From Harriotta raleighana (taxonomy: Eukaryota), in NCBI GenBank assembly GCA_050575255.1, contig JBNZDD010013705.1:6651620-6715619 (forward strand): a DNA stretch of 64,000 bases, given 5' to 3'. The notes below the pieces were generated by a model. That model saw nothing but the letters and a program-made list of their open reading frames with translations, was not told the DNA's origin and did not search any database. Position numbers and translations under genes: made by a program. Positions 27,258 to 40,390 of the stretch are shown here, in pieces. Numbering within the stretch: position 1 is the first letter of the stretch; each line of letters opens with the position of its first letter.

Positions 27258-27780
27258 CATTCAGAACTCTGCAGCTCGTGTACTCTCCCACACTAGGCTC
27301 CGCGACCACATCACTCCCACCCTCTCCTGGCTCCCCATCCCACAGAGGATCGAATTCAAGATTCTCGTCCTCACTTTCAAGGCCATTCATAGCCTTGCTC
27401 CCGCCTATTTCTCCGAACTGCTATCTCCCTATCAGCCTGCTCGCCCCATACGCTCAGCAGGCTCTGGCCTGCTCCACGTCTACCGCCCTAACGGCCCAAC
27501 GATTGGTGGCCGGGCTTTCAGCCTCTCTACCCCCACACTCTAGAACTCCATCCCACAATCCCTTCGCCTCACTTCCTCCCTTTCCTCCTTCAAGGCCAGT
27601 CTCAAGACCTTCCTCTTTGACCATGCCTTCGGTTCCCCTCCTAACTTCCACCTCTCCTACTCTCCTTCTCCTTCCCCTACCCGGATGCTCCCCACCTGCT
27701 CGAGTCCTGATCTGATTGTTCAGAGACATCCTCCCAATGTGAAAGGCGCTCTATAAGTATAATTTGTTGTTGTTGTTGTT
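27258..27780 (+). mobile_element. L2 LINE 3' fragment
   Basis: Closely matches the 4420 and 13377 copies. Ends in a (TTG)n tail. Confidence 0.9.
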
Positions 27781-30061
27781 AAACCCTGTCACTTTAAATG
27801 ATGGAGATGACGATTTTCTTCACACCCCACAGAGTCTGTGGTTTCAGCCTATGTGCTTGTCTCAAAACAGTTTTTATTGTATAAGCTGATTAAAATTATT
27901 CACTTTGCATTGATTGATTTACAGAGTTATGGGAGATTCTGATGTTAGAAAGCATTAAAGAGCAGATGGGAATCCAGTTCTCGCTATCATTAAATCATGT
28001 CCACAGAAATCATATTCTGGGCTTTTAGCTTCTAAAATTCACTAACATGGATTGCAGTTGCTCAAGGATGCTTTCAAGTTTCCTACACATATACGAAAAT
28101 CAAAATTAATACGATCAGCGAAAAATCACTGTGCAGTTAACACCACAGCCTAGTAATCGTAGGCATCTACCCATTAAATATAACAGAGATATCTGGTCTA
28201 ACAATGGCATGTTTAGAATCTTTCGACAATCCCTTATTAATAACAGGCAATTAAATTACAGAAAGGAGGAGCAGCAAAGCAAAGCAAGGATTTTTGCAGC
28301 AAATACATTTGCTTTAATTGTGCTTTTAGGCTAATATAAATTATATANCCGGCTTATCCTTTTGTCTAGAAGAATAATGGCATTCCAAGAAGGAAACAAA
28401 ATCAATTTTTTTCTATGGTCAAATGATCTAATCTGTAACATGAGAAGATATCTGATTGCTGACTGTGAGTTATGATGCTACTTTCACAAGCACGAGAAAC
28501 CCATAACTCACTGTTGGCTTAGGCACAAAATGAAGTATGATCATGCTTCAGCAAAGTGAAAAAACTGCCAATGATGAGGGAGGGTGAGATATCTGGTTTA
28601 TTTAATAGGTGCATGCCTACTATTTGTGGGCAGGGCTGTTTACCGCTCAATGACCCATTCTCTGATCATTTTGATTTTCACGAATTTGAATTAACATCAC
28701 CCACTGGTTAAGGTCACATCTTCCAAAGGATTCATGATAGTTTGGAGATATCTTATTATTTTACTGAAAACAACAGAACTTTTCAAATGGAAATAAGTTT
28801 TGTCCTCAACACATCATACTCTTAATCAAAAGATTGAGGTTGTGAATTCCTATTTTATTTTCTCTAACTACTATACCACATCTTAATGAATGGCACTCCT
28901 CTTAAAACCATTAAAGTCCCTGACATATCGCCACCAGAAAATGAAACATAAACTATGTCTTCTTTGGAGAATCACGTAGATATCACAGTGACTCATAAGA
29001 GCTGAACTCTAAGAAGAACCTTGAAATTGGAGCCAACATGACTTACAGGTGATTTTCCGCAGAAAACACAGTTCATGTTATAAAGTGCATTTTCAGGGGC
29101 CAATGTACTAGTCCTACCTCCACTTTCGAGAGAAACTTGTTTCAACCCCTGCTACAGAGCATGATTTTTTTTCTTAAATCTACCAAAATGAGTCACCTCA
29201 AAAACACACAATAGGAAGCTGATTGTTTCGTTCACGTCTCTTCACCTCACTCAACCTCAGCAGCATTAACTTAAATAACATATGAAAAAATGTGCAATAT
29301 AGCATCTAAATGTGTCTTCACAATGGGTCTGAAAAACTGCATATCAGCTCAACGCTTCCAGTACATAATGATGGTAATAACAATAATAATAATAATAATC
29401 CTTGCATTTGATATAGCATTTTATCATGTCATCGTGATATCTCAAAGTGCTTCACAGGATATACTGCAAAGTCATACGGCTTTGTGTATTTTGTGCACAG
29501 CATTGTCCTACTAACAGCCAATGTGTATGTGACCAATTTTAACTGTTTGCCAGTGCTTCAACAGAAACGTGCTTCAGATGATGTAGGAAGAATATTCAGC
29601 AGAAAAAAGAGATTGTGAAATTGTAGAATTTGTGAAAAAAAATTGAAATCACCTGCTATATGACAAAACCAAGACATTTTGTGAATACTGTATAACCAGG
29701 TCATTCACTGAATACAAAGGAAGACAGAGAAGTAATCTATATGGAGCTCAAACTCTATCAGACATAAAAGCCTGTTGGATGAAACACTGACCTTAGTTTC
29801 CTGTGTTAAGCATCAGGGAGTATTTGAGTCAGTGCAAGATGAATATTACTGCAAGAACTGAATACTACTGGGGATTCAAACTCTGATACTGAATCTAACA
29901 CTGAACCAACTGAGCTCCTGGATGGTAAAGCAATTTAAGATACTTTGTGATTTTATATGAAAATGCATTGTACATTCACATGATTCAGAACTGACTAGTT
30001 GGTTGAAAGTGATACTGTTGAAATCTGTGTCTGACTGCAATATCAACATTTAAGGAATATT

Positions 30062-30074
30062 GTTGCTTAGCAAC
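30062..30074. promoter_or_regulatory. Candidate RFX X-box (GTTGCTTAGCAAC)
   Basis: Palindromic match to the RFX consensus GTTRCY-N(1-3)-RGYAAC in apparently unique sequence. Function is unproven. Confidence 0.3.
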
Positions 30075-31494
30075 CAGTACTGAGCTGACTGCACTTTGAA
30101 TGGTGTTTGAATGTTAATCATTGGAAATGAGATTCAGTAGGCTCCTCTTCCAATATACTGTTATTTGCTGTAACCTAAGTTGATCCTAAGAAGGATTTGT
30201 TGCTAGTGGCTTTTTGCTTAGGCAGTCAAATTAGAAAAGTTACAGAGCTTAGTTTCTACTACTAGATGTTATTAGCCTGGACACTTTTCAAGGTGTTAAA
30301 ATGCCATTACAGCCATGTTGTGGAATTTGAAGGGGATTCATTAACATTAACATTAACAAGGTGCATCTTACACTGATAAGAATAAAGCCCAGTACAAAAA
30401 TCAAAAGAAAAGATTGCTTTAATGCAGTGTGACTGCGAAATGAGTTGAAGGAAGATAGAGGGATGGAAAAATAGACATAGGAATAGACATCATGGTTGGC
30501 AGAACACAGGTGGCTTTGCGACCAGCCAGCTTGGATTTTCAAAAGACATGGAAAGAAAGACCATTTACTTGGAGCATTTTCTAAAAGCTTGTCAGTGTTC
30601 ATAGGGACAAATCACCACTCATTACTTTGTTTTGTTTCACATTTGTACATCGTCTTTCACGTCAGCAGGATGTCCCAAGGCGCTGGACAGTCAGTGTTTC
30701 GGACCCAAGCTGGGGTTGGGATCAGGAAGGGTGGAAGTAAGGGTTAAACCCCAGCAGTACCACACAAGACCCCTGCACCTAATGCTCTTTACAATTAGGT
30801 GTGACGTGTGCTTCCCTGCGAAAAGGCAGACAAACAGACTCCATTCCAGACAAACAGGAGTTTCCATATATAGGTAGACCACTAAGTAGTTTAGTTTACA
30901 TGGGTTGAGGTATGGCGATGGGTTTCTGCGTTCATCAAACATCTGGCTGACCAAAACGTCAACGCAGATTGCAATCACAAGACATAGCCACTTGGGAACC
31001 TTGAAACACTTGGAGACATCTCAAAGACATGATAAGGCTCTATATCAAATTAAAGGGTTGTGGAAACTGTTGTTAAATATTGAGAAAAACAGATGTAATC
31101 AACTTATTTTCCAATGGACTTCCACAGTTGTCTAATAATTTGACATAAATATAAAAATAATTTTGGTTAAATTCTTTTCTCATGGCTGAAATGAATGTTC
31201 CCTATGTTTGGCAGAATTCACTTTCCTCCATTATTTATTCCTTAGAACTGCTGTTTTTTGAGCCACTCAGTACCTTCTTCACGTATAGTAGATCATTTCC
31301 AGTTAGGTGCTGTCTGCTTTCAGCTGTTTAAACATTTAGTTACAGCTTGTTTAATTCACAAGTTTTAATTGAAGAGATTTGAGAAATGAGCTGACCTAGA
31401 TGCAGTTGTTTGGGCTAAAGAATCTTTAATACCAGGAGCTATAACTAATGAATGTATTCTGATGGAAATCAAATAATTAAATTTCAATTAGATG

Positions 31495-31920
31495 TTGGCT
31501 TAGCTCAGTTAGCAGCACTCTGACCACTAGGTCAGAAGTTTGTGGATTCAAGCTCTATTTTGGTTAGCACTTCAGTTCATCATCTCCACTGATCCTGGAT
31601 TGCTGATTTGTTGGAAATGCCATTCTTCAGATGAAGCATTGAACGGAGGAGTTCCTGTCTGACTGTTGAGGTGAATGTTCAAAATTCCATTGGCACTATT
31701 TGAAAAGAGAAAGGAATTCCTCCTAATGTCTTGGCCAACAATCCCCTAGATAAAATTTATCATTCACCTCAGGGCTGTTTGTGGGCCAATGCAGTACTTC
31801 ACTTGGTTGCCACAATTGCCTGCAAATACAGTCGCTTTATACTTGTCAGTAAAATTCTGTGAAATGCTTTGAAACATTTCAGAGGGAGTGATAAGGTGTT
31901 ATATCAAATGTAGTGATTTG
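31495..31920 (+). mobile_element. Deu-domain-like SINE, near full length
   Basis: tRNA-like head TGGCTTAGCTCAGTTAGCAGCACTCT..GGATTCAAGCTC. Core CTTCAGATGAAGCATTGAAC...CATTGGCACTATTTGAA. L2-like tail. Confidence 0.7.
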
Positions 31921-33994
31921 AATCTACCCTGATGTATTTCTTTACATGGTTCATCTAATATAATCCTATTTTCCTGAACTTTCTCCACAATCATCAATGT
32001 TCCTCTTTTTCATGTACCTGTACAATTATCCTTTAAAAGAATACTTTTTTTTTCTAANTCCTATTTTCCCGAACTTTCTCCACAATCATCAATGTTCCTC
32101 TTTTTCATGTACCTGTACAATTATCCTTTAAAAGAATACTTTTTTTTTCTAAAATGTAGTGTCCAAAACTTCCACTCACTGGCATATGCCTCTCTGCTCC
32201 TGGTTAGACCCAGTCTTGCTGCGATGTACTTCCATGGGAAATGGTTGCCATCCAGTACTCTGTCTGAATGTCCATTGTTCATATATATGTCTTGGCATTA
32301 ATGTTGGCAGCCACCTGACTGCAATGGGCTTCGCAGTGAAGCCTCACCTCTCTCTCTACTTAGTTACCACAAAGTGTACAACCAGTGGAAGGTGCCATAG
32401 AATGATCAGAAGCAGGAATCCGGTTTGATTTTCTCCTTCAACACCCAAGGAATTACGGAGCCAATCTAACCTCCCTGTGCAGTCCTGGCTGAGACTAGCA
32501 AATTGGGCATAGATTCAAACCAACTTCTGTTTCATAATTGCAGCTCTATCTATGAATCTATTGGGGATGCAAAGTAAAGGTTGTTTTAAAGTCCTGTTTG
32601 TACCATGGATCTCAGACTTGTCGCGGTGTATATATATATGTGGGTGATCAGAAAAAAAAACACCGGCTGAACTTTACTTGTGGGCTGAGTACCATATTTA
32701 CAAGCAATGCATACACACATTATGTACAACGTGAGGTAGTGTTACAAAGACCAATCAGGCAGGGAAATATATATGCAATAAGCATTATTTAATTGGCTGT
32801 GCAATACAGCCAACAGCCCTAGCTTATCTGGCTATTGAAAGGCAAAACTCGAAACTCATTGAGTGATTTAAATAAAAAATGAAAAACTATGTTTTCCATT
32901 GAAGTTAGCATCAATACTTCTTTCAAATCTTATTTGTTATTTCAATGTTTTAATATCTCTGCAACAATTATTCAGCTTGTATGTATTATATATTTTCCCA
33001 GTATTTCATTCTAAAATGGATTTAATTAAGACTCTGAATTATCTTCATGAAATCTCTTTAAAATGAAATTGTTGCAGTTTGACCTTCCACTCTTATTTAG
33101 GGGCTTAGATTGAGCAAAATTTGGTCCATCTTTATTGTAGGATCAGATCTCTTAATTAAGTTCTGGAATAAAAATCGGAATTCTTCTTATTACTTTGGAA
33201 GCTCCCAGAGTTATTAACTACAGCTCTCTGACTGCAAACTGTATTCTTGGTTGATTAACTTCAGATGAGATCCCTGACAGTTGATTATGTGACAGGAAAG
33301 CGATGTAACAGGTTTGAGAACATCCAGTGCAGCCTCTTTCACTTTAACAGACCCCTAAAGACAACTGTGGTGGAAATAGTGTTCTAACAGCATAATTATT
33401 TTTTGACTACGCATTACGATAAAGACTTGGAACCAGTTGCTCTTGTTGACTGTTGCTCCTTTGACTGGCTGATGAACAGTGAATGCTGGAGCAACAGAAG
33501 CGTATACTGAAAGTCATGAAGTGTTCTGCATAATATGGGAGCCCAATCATTGCCCCACATACTGCCTTTTGGGAAAATTTTATGGTGCAAATGGACTTTT
33601 GTGTGATTGCTTAACTCTTGTGACAACAAATGGTTGTGTGTGTGTCATAATAATATAATCCTAGAATTTGATATAGCATCTTATCACGCCTTTGAGGCAT
33701 CTCAGTATGCTTCACAGGATACAGAGTAAAGTTAATTGACTGTATATTTGTCGGTGAAATATGTTAGCCAAATGCACACAGCAATTGAGTGTCTAAATTA
33801 TTATTATTAATTTTTAAATATGTGTTAGACCCAAATGTGTATCTTTTTTCTCCCACACGAACCATTCTTGTAACCTTTTGGAATTGATACTGATAGTGAT
33901 ACTGATACTGTCATTCAATGTCATAATTTGATCAAAATGCAACAGAAATTATTTTAAATTTGCAGTTCTGGGGTCTGTTCACAAATACAGCAGC

Positions 33995-34293
33995 ATTGCT
34001 AACAGACAAATGGCCCATGTTTAACAATGTTCTCAGCCTTAGCATTCTTATCCTGGAGATACAGGAGTAGAAATCACCTGAACATGGGAAATGAAAGGCC
34101 ATCTTGCTAAAGGTCATTTAGGACAAAATCTTGCAGGCCTGACACCAGTGAACATTTTGAAGGGGAAATATTTCAAAAGGCAGCAATGCTGTATCTGTGG
34201 GTGATGCAAATACCATTAGAAAACAGATGTTTTCTGTCTGAAAGCAGGGATGTATTTTGGCAAGTACCTGTATCTCACAGTATGGAGAGTAGA
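33995..34293. repeat. Left arm of a long inverted repeat
   Basis: Reverse complement of 34727-35029, e.g. AAAGGTCATTTAGGACAAAATCTTG vs CAAGATTTTGTCCTAAATGACCTTT, and AAACAGATGTTTTCTGTCTG vs CAGACAGAAAACATCTGTTT. Confidence 0.9.
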
Positions 34294-34294
34294 C

Positions 34295-34705
34295 TTACAG
34301 TCTGTCTGAATCAGAAAGTTGTGAGTTCACACTCCATATCAAAACTTGGAACACAAATTTTCATGGGTGACATTTCTAGGGGATGTGCTGCATTATTGGG
34401 GATGCCGTCCTTTAGATGAAACAATAAAACAAGGCCCCATCTACCTGTTCAGGTGGACATTAAAGTTCTCATTGGATCATTTGAAAAGAGAAGGGGGTTT
34501 CTTCTGGTGTCCAGCCAACAATTTCCCAAATAAAATTTGTCACTCATTCCCTGGCTGTTTGTGGGTCATTGCTCTACAATAAATTAGCTCCCATGTTGGT
34601 CCAAAAAATAACCATGTACTTTACAGAATACCCAGTGAGGCATTTGAGATGTCTCAACCTAAGGCGCTCTAGACATGATATAATATAACGCAAAGTTTAT
34701 TATAT
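34295..34705 (+). mobile_element. Deu-domain-like SINE inside the inverted repeat
   Basis: CTGAATCAGAAAGTTGTGAGTTCAC head, CCTTTAGATGAAACAATAAAACAAGGCCCC..CCTGTTCAGGTGGAC core, and TTTGAGATGTCTC tail. Confidence 0.7.
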
Positions 34706-34726
34706 CTACACTCCATAAACAATCTT

Positions 34727-35029
34727 AGCTCCTGCTTTCTGCACTGTGAGATACTTGCCAATACATTCCTGGTTCCAGACAGAAAACATCTGTTTACTAT
34801 GTATTTGCATCACTCACAGTTACTGCTGCCTTTTGAAATTGTTCCCCTTCAGTATGTTCACTATTGTCGGGCCTACAAGATTTTGTCCTAAATGACCTTT
34901 AGTAAGGCAAACAAGCTAAAGTGGTCTTTTATCTCCTATTTTCAGGTGATTTCTACTCTGGTATCTGCAGTGTTAAGAATGCTGAGGCTGAGAACAATGT
35001 TAAACACGGGCCATTTGTATGTTAGCAAG
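34727..35029. repeat. Right arm of a long inverted repeat
   Basis: Reverse complement of 33995-34293. Confidence 0.9.
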
Positions 35030-36391
35030 ATCTCCAGAAGTTCTAAACCTGCTTACACACATTTGCTTTGTGACTCAACATGTTGATAACTGGAATAATA
35101 ATTAATACGCTGGAATTGCATTTGATATAGAGCCTTATTATGTCAAAACATGTTGAAACACTTTACAGAGCTTTCTGTAAATATTACCAGATAGGTTCAG
35201 AAGATGCTCCTCGACCTATTTGATCTCATCCTTCCAGAATACCTACCCTATTGTTTTGTCATCACAGCATTCAAATGGTTTTTAATTAAGTTGAGTGCCC
35301 TGACGTCAACCACATTTCCTGAAACATTTTCTAGTATCTGTAAATCCATGGACAAACAAGACAGCCAATTTGCACCTAGCAATGGAGGAATGTTGATCCA
35401 GGAAGAGTAACACGTAAGTAAGCAGAGAAACCTTTATCCTACACATCAATTTTTAACAACAGGTATAAAATTACCTTTAACTTTTCCAAATTTGCACTTG
35501 TAAATTTCCTTTAGCAAAGCAGCTTATTTTTTCCAAAAACTGCAAATTCATTTTTAATAGGGCTGAGGGTGAGTGATATCTGCAAGATAGCTGTCACTTT
35601 TGTTGACTGAATTTATATTAAACATTCTGACCTTTCATGCAAGGCCAGAATAAATTAACAATACCTATAATTTTTGACAGATTTAATAGCTAAGTCTATT
35701 ATAAGCCATTGATGGGTAAATTGTCTCCTGTGAAAGATAAATAAGTGTTTTAGTAGGTGAACATATTCAAGTTCTTGTGTTGCAATAAGTTTAATGTTCC
35801 AAATTTCCCACAGGTGTAATTAATTTTAAACCTATCATTAATCATAAATGGAAGTTAATAGTATTCTTTCAATGAGATTTAAATGAATAGTTTAGTGCTT
35901 GGTGCAAGGATGTGTGTGGTTGTGGGGGGTGGGCACATTTGTAAGGAAGATATTGTTCTATGTAGAGATTTATCAATTTATCATGTCAAAGTTAGCAATC
36001 TTGAAAAATGTTTCCCACCAAAACAAATTCCCATTGGAATAATAATTTTGCAAAACATCAGCGCCTTGGGACGTCCTCCTGACGTGAAAGGCGCTATATA
36101 AATATAATATAAATATAAATAAATAAAAAATATGTTAATTCAAATGTGCTCCTCTTTCTAGAATATTTTAACAAATCCTGAAAGTAGCGCAAAGCGAAAG
36201 ACCGCAGATAAAAGTGACTCTCACTCAATTGTTAGTGCTCTCGCCCCTAGGTTTAAGCCCCACATTATCACTTGTGTTATACATGTAAGGGCATCTGCGC
36301 ATATGCAGATGTCGACAATGTATGAGCACAGATGTCGATGAAGTATTAGGCAGATGTCGATGACATATGCGTCGCATATAATTCCGCTAAA

Positions 36392-37930
36392 CGGAATTAC
36401 TCGCAATTGGACAACGAAGGCCTAGCCATCATATTTATAGTGAAGCGTTTTCATCAATATGTGTATGGGTGGAACTTTCAAATAGTGACATACCATAAGC
36501 CACTCTTAGGATTGTTCGGTGAGTCAAAAGCAATTCCACAAATGGCCTCTCCGTGTGTACAATGGTGAGCCCTAACTCTCGTATCACCTTGTGTACAAAT
36601 AAGGACAAGCAAACGCAAATGCTGACGCATTGAGTAGACTTCCGCGTAAAGTGACAGCATCAAATGTTCTGACTCCAGGGACACAGTACTACTCATGCAC
36701 ATGCTCGGAAATACACTTGCCAAGCCACCGCAAATTCGTTTTTGGACTAATCGAGATCACATCTTGTCTCGTGTCCGTGATTATGTGATGGCCAAAATCG
36801 ATCGACGATGATGCTATGAAGCCAACAACAACAACTTCGATTTATAAAGCGTCCTCCACGCCGGACTGCGTCTCAGAGCGCTTCACAATAGTGGATCCCG
36901 GGACCGAGCCAAGGGCAGGGGCAGAAAGGTGACCAAAAGCGCGGTCGAAGAGAAAAGTCTTCAGCTGTGAAGCCGTATTTCAATCGCAGAAGAGAACTCA
37001 GTGTTCAAGATGACTGCTTGATGTGGGGAGCGCGTGTAATCATCCTGGAACATGGGCAAGCACAAATGATTGATGAGCTATACCACGCACATCCCGGTAT
37101 TGTGCGCATGAAAGTTGTTGCATGTGGCTTAGTATGGTGGCCACACATTGACGTTGACCTGGAGCAGAAAGTCAAATCTTGTGAAGCGGGTCCACAAACA
37201 CCTACATCTTCCGCCCAAAGCGCCACCACATCTGTGGGAATATCCGAGCACGCCATGGGAGAGAGTGCACATAAACTTTGCAGGACCATTCTTGGGTAAG
37301 ATGCTCCTCATCATTGTAGATGCACACTCGAAATGGATCGACGTTCATGTAATGTCGTCATCGATGTCTACAACAACGATTGAATGCCTTTGACAAACAT
37401 TCGCTATGCATGGACTTCCGCAAGTGTTAGTATCTGACAATGGTACTGCATTCACGAGTGAAGAATTTGCGAAGTTCAGGAAGTAAAATGCTACCATTCA
37501 TCGTCAAATGGGTTAGCGGAGAGAGCAGTGCAAACTGTAAAAAAAGGTCTAAAAAAAATGGCATAAGGGACACTTGAAATGCGTGTAACGCGTAATTTAC
37601 TAGCAAAGAGAACAACTCCGCATTCGATAACTGGGTCGACACCTGCGGAGTGTTCTTGCATAGACATCTCTGCACATGGCTGATTGCAACCCATCCAGAT
37701 GTTAAGGGGATAGTGTACGAGAAACTCGTCCAGCAGCAAAACGTAAATAATTGACCATCAGGGAGCCGGGAATTGGCGATTGGAGATGCTATCTTTGCGA
37801 GAAACTTAGAACCAGTGGATGGCTGGATGCAAGGCCGCATGATAAAGAAAACTGGGCCAATCTCCTACATCATCGAGGTCAATGTTGGTGAGATCTGCAT
37901 CCAGTGGAGGAGACATGTCGACCATCTACG
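36392..37930 (+). pseudogene. pol: Degenerate Gypsy pol: RNase H and integrase
   Basis: RNase H: RNYSQLDNEGLAIIFIVKRFHQYVYG..TYHKPLLGL and ADALSRLP. Integrase zinc finger: HAHPGIVRMK..VWWP..C. Integrase core: PWERVHINFAGPF..IIVDAHSKW, VSDNGTAFTSEEF and SNGLAERAVQTVK. Contains stops and frameshifts. Confidence 0.9.
36824..36967 (-). mobile_element. Short L2 3' end inserted into the Gypsy pol
   Basis: (CAA)n tail. 7-bp TSD TGAAGCC at 36817-36823 and 36968-36974. Removing the insert restores DDAMKPYFNRR. Confidence 0.85.
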
Positions 37931-38437
37931 ATATTGAGTTGACAAACATTCTTCTCACACCTCGGCTGAGAGCGATGACGATGGTGCTTGTTTCCCGGAG
38001 GTGGATGGACATGAGGACAACGTTGTCGTTGTCGTCCGGTGATGCAACAACCTCAACGAGGACCATCCAAACCAACCTGTAGCGTCTAACCACACCGACA
38101 CGTCGAGTGAGAGGAAGACGTATCTGTCTCGTCAAAATAAGAGACCTCTAGATGATGCGATTGTTAAATTTAAAATAAATTTCTGGTTTTCTTGAGTGAA
38201 TGTGACTCAGTTACAATTGGACCGAAATGTTGAACTCAGAAGTTGGGCTATGTTATGTTGTAACTAAGGGGGGAGGAATGTTATATATGTAAGGGCATCT
38301 AAGCAAGCGCAGATGTCATCGACCTATGAGCGCAGATGTCAATGACGTATTAGGCAGATGTGCTCCTGGCATAAAAGGCGCTGTGTCAAATTGAAGGATT
38401 ACTATTTACGTAGAGGTGATCAGGAGGAGTGAGACTC

Positions 38438-38611
38438 AACCGTGCCTTCAACGCCCCTCTCGAGTCTCTAACCCCTCCTTGCTCCCACCCTTCCCCCCCT
38501 CGCCCTGAACATTTTCCCTTGCTCGGGTCCTGAACCAATCTGTCCAGCACCTTGGGACGTCCTCCTGACGTGAAACGCGCTCTATAAGTGTAATTTTGTT
38601 GTTGTTGTTGT
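38438..38611 (+). mobile_element. Short L2 3' end truncating the 3' LTR
   Basis: GGGACGTCCTCCTGACGTGAAACGCGCTCTATAAGTGTAATT(TTG)n. Confidence 0.8.
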
Positions 38612-39505
38612 CCTGAAAGGGAGCTGAGAGTCAATAACCAATGGGCAGCAAATTTGACAATTTTTGTGGTGAGCACATCTGTTCCATGTTAATTGGTAAA
38701 TTTACCAACTTCACAGTGTAAGATTAGAACAGGAACCCGATCATAATTTTACATTAGATTGCTCTGCTTAGCAGCGAATAAGGCTTAATCAGCTGGTTAG
38801 GTAGATAACTTTTCTGAGAATCTGTGAATCATCCCCTGATGTTTTCTGCTAGCTTTGCTAGCTCCATATCATTGTAAAAAGATAAACTTCTTGTGTTTCT
38901 TCTATCCAATCAATGTTTAACATTTGTTAATGGATGGGCACATGCCTTGTGTGTAATTCTTTAATTCCTGATATATTTTGTAATTATGGATTATGAAAAC
39001 TGTAATATGAATATGCTACCCAGGACAGAATAATTATAATATGCAATCAGAAAAAAATGAAGTCTCATCCTTGCTTCTGATATATGAAATATGTAATTGG
39101 AGCCTCATTGAAATTCAATATTATATTAATCAGATGATTAGCCACATAGAGCATCAATAATAACGTCAAGATTATGGTTATATCTTTAGCTTGTAAGTGT
39201 TCCATCCAATGTTGAAAGAAACCTTTTAGAAATCGACTCACCAAATGTTTAATTACTAGCCCTGCAAACCAATTTCATTTGCACTTAAAAATTTAACAAT
39301 AAAACTGCAATATTTGCAACTGGATTTTTAAATAATAATAATAATAATCCTTGCATTTGATACAAGGCCTGATTACTTAGCTGAGACGTCTCAAAGCCCT
39401 TCATAGAATATACTGTAAATTGAACTGACTTTATATTTGGGGTGAAGTATTGATTCCTGACATTAACTGGATTAATTATTTGTTATTTAATTTTCATTCT
39501 TACCG

Positions 39506-39797
39506 CAACAACAAAATTACATTTGTAGAGTGCTTTTTATGTCAGGAGGACGTCCCAAGGTGCTGATCAGTCAGGGGTCAGAACCTGAGCATGACAGCAT
39601 TGGGCAGAGTTGCGATGAGGGAGGGCAAAGAGGTAGGAAAGCAACTGAAGACATGGTTGAAGAAGAGAGTCTTGTGGCTGGACTTGAAGGAGGCAAGGAG
39701 GAAGCAAGGTGATGGGACTGTGGGATGGCGTTCTAAAGCATAGGGGCAGAGAGGCTGAAAGTCCGGCTGCCGATGGTAGGACAGGTCAGGTGGGGAG
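39506..39797 (-). mobile_element. L2 3' fragment
   Basis: (CAA)n AAATTACATTTGTAGAG...GGACGTCCCAAGG, and GAGAGGCTGAAAG. Confidence 0.8.
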
Positions 39798-40390
39798 CCT
39801 TAAAGTATAAAACTGTTTATTTTAAGATTTCAAAACAAAACTCGGTATTTTAGTGCTGTCCAAAATGTGCATGTTAAAAATAAGTCAAAGTTTAGATCCA
39901 GGTGGAATTTTTCTCCCCAGGACCAATAAATGGAGAATTTTAATGCTGGTAGACAAGGATAATCTTCATCACATGTGGATTGTAACCCCAGGCAGTGCTG
40001 ATTGACTGATAATGGAATTTGCTCATTGTAATCACACATCATCAAAGGGTGACATTTCCGCTCTGTGGTTGACAGAGAATTTCTAAATTATTTTAGATCA
40101 ATTTCTCCTTTTGGACATGAGTCATCTTTTCACAGTCACAACCTTAAAAAAACTGCAGGTTTGCAACTAAAAAACATCCTTGAGAATTGAAATCCCATTG
40201 CCTACACAATGTTTGTTCAACTTGTTCAAAAATGGATCAAACATTGCAAATAAATAAACACACAAGAGCAATTCCACAATAAATAAGATTAGGAGGAAAA
40301 TTATATATTATGCAGTCCTGTAGCTACAACAACAACAACTTTTATTTATAAAGCACCCTCCACACTGGATGAAGTCTCAGAGCGCTTCAA

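Larger units (their letters stand above)
36275..38437 (+). mobile_element. Internally deleted Gypsy (Ty3/Metaviridae) LTR retrotransposon
   Basis: Matching LTR starts TGTTATAYATGTAAGGGCATCT at 36275 and 38279, and PPT AAGGGGGGAGGAA at 38266-38278. RNase H is followed by integrase, the Gypsy domain order. Confidence 0.9.
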
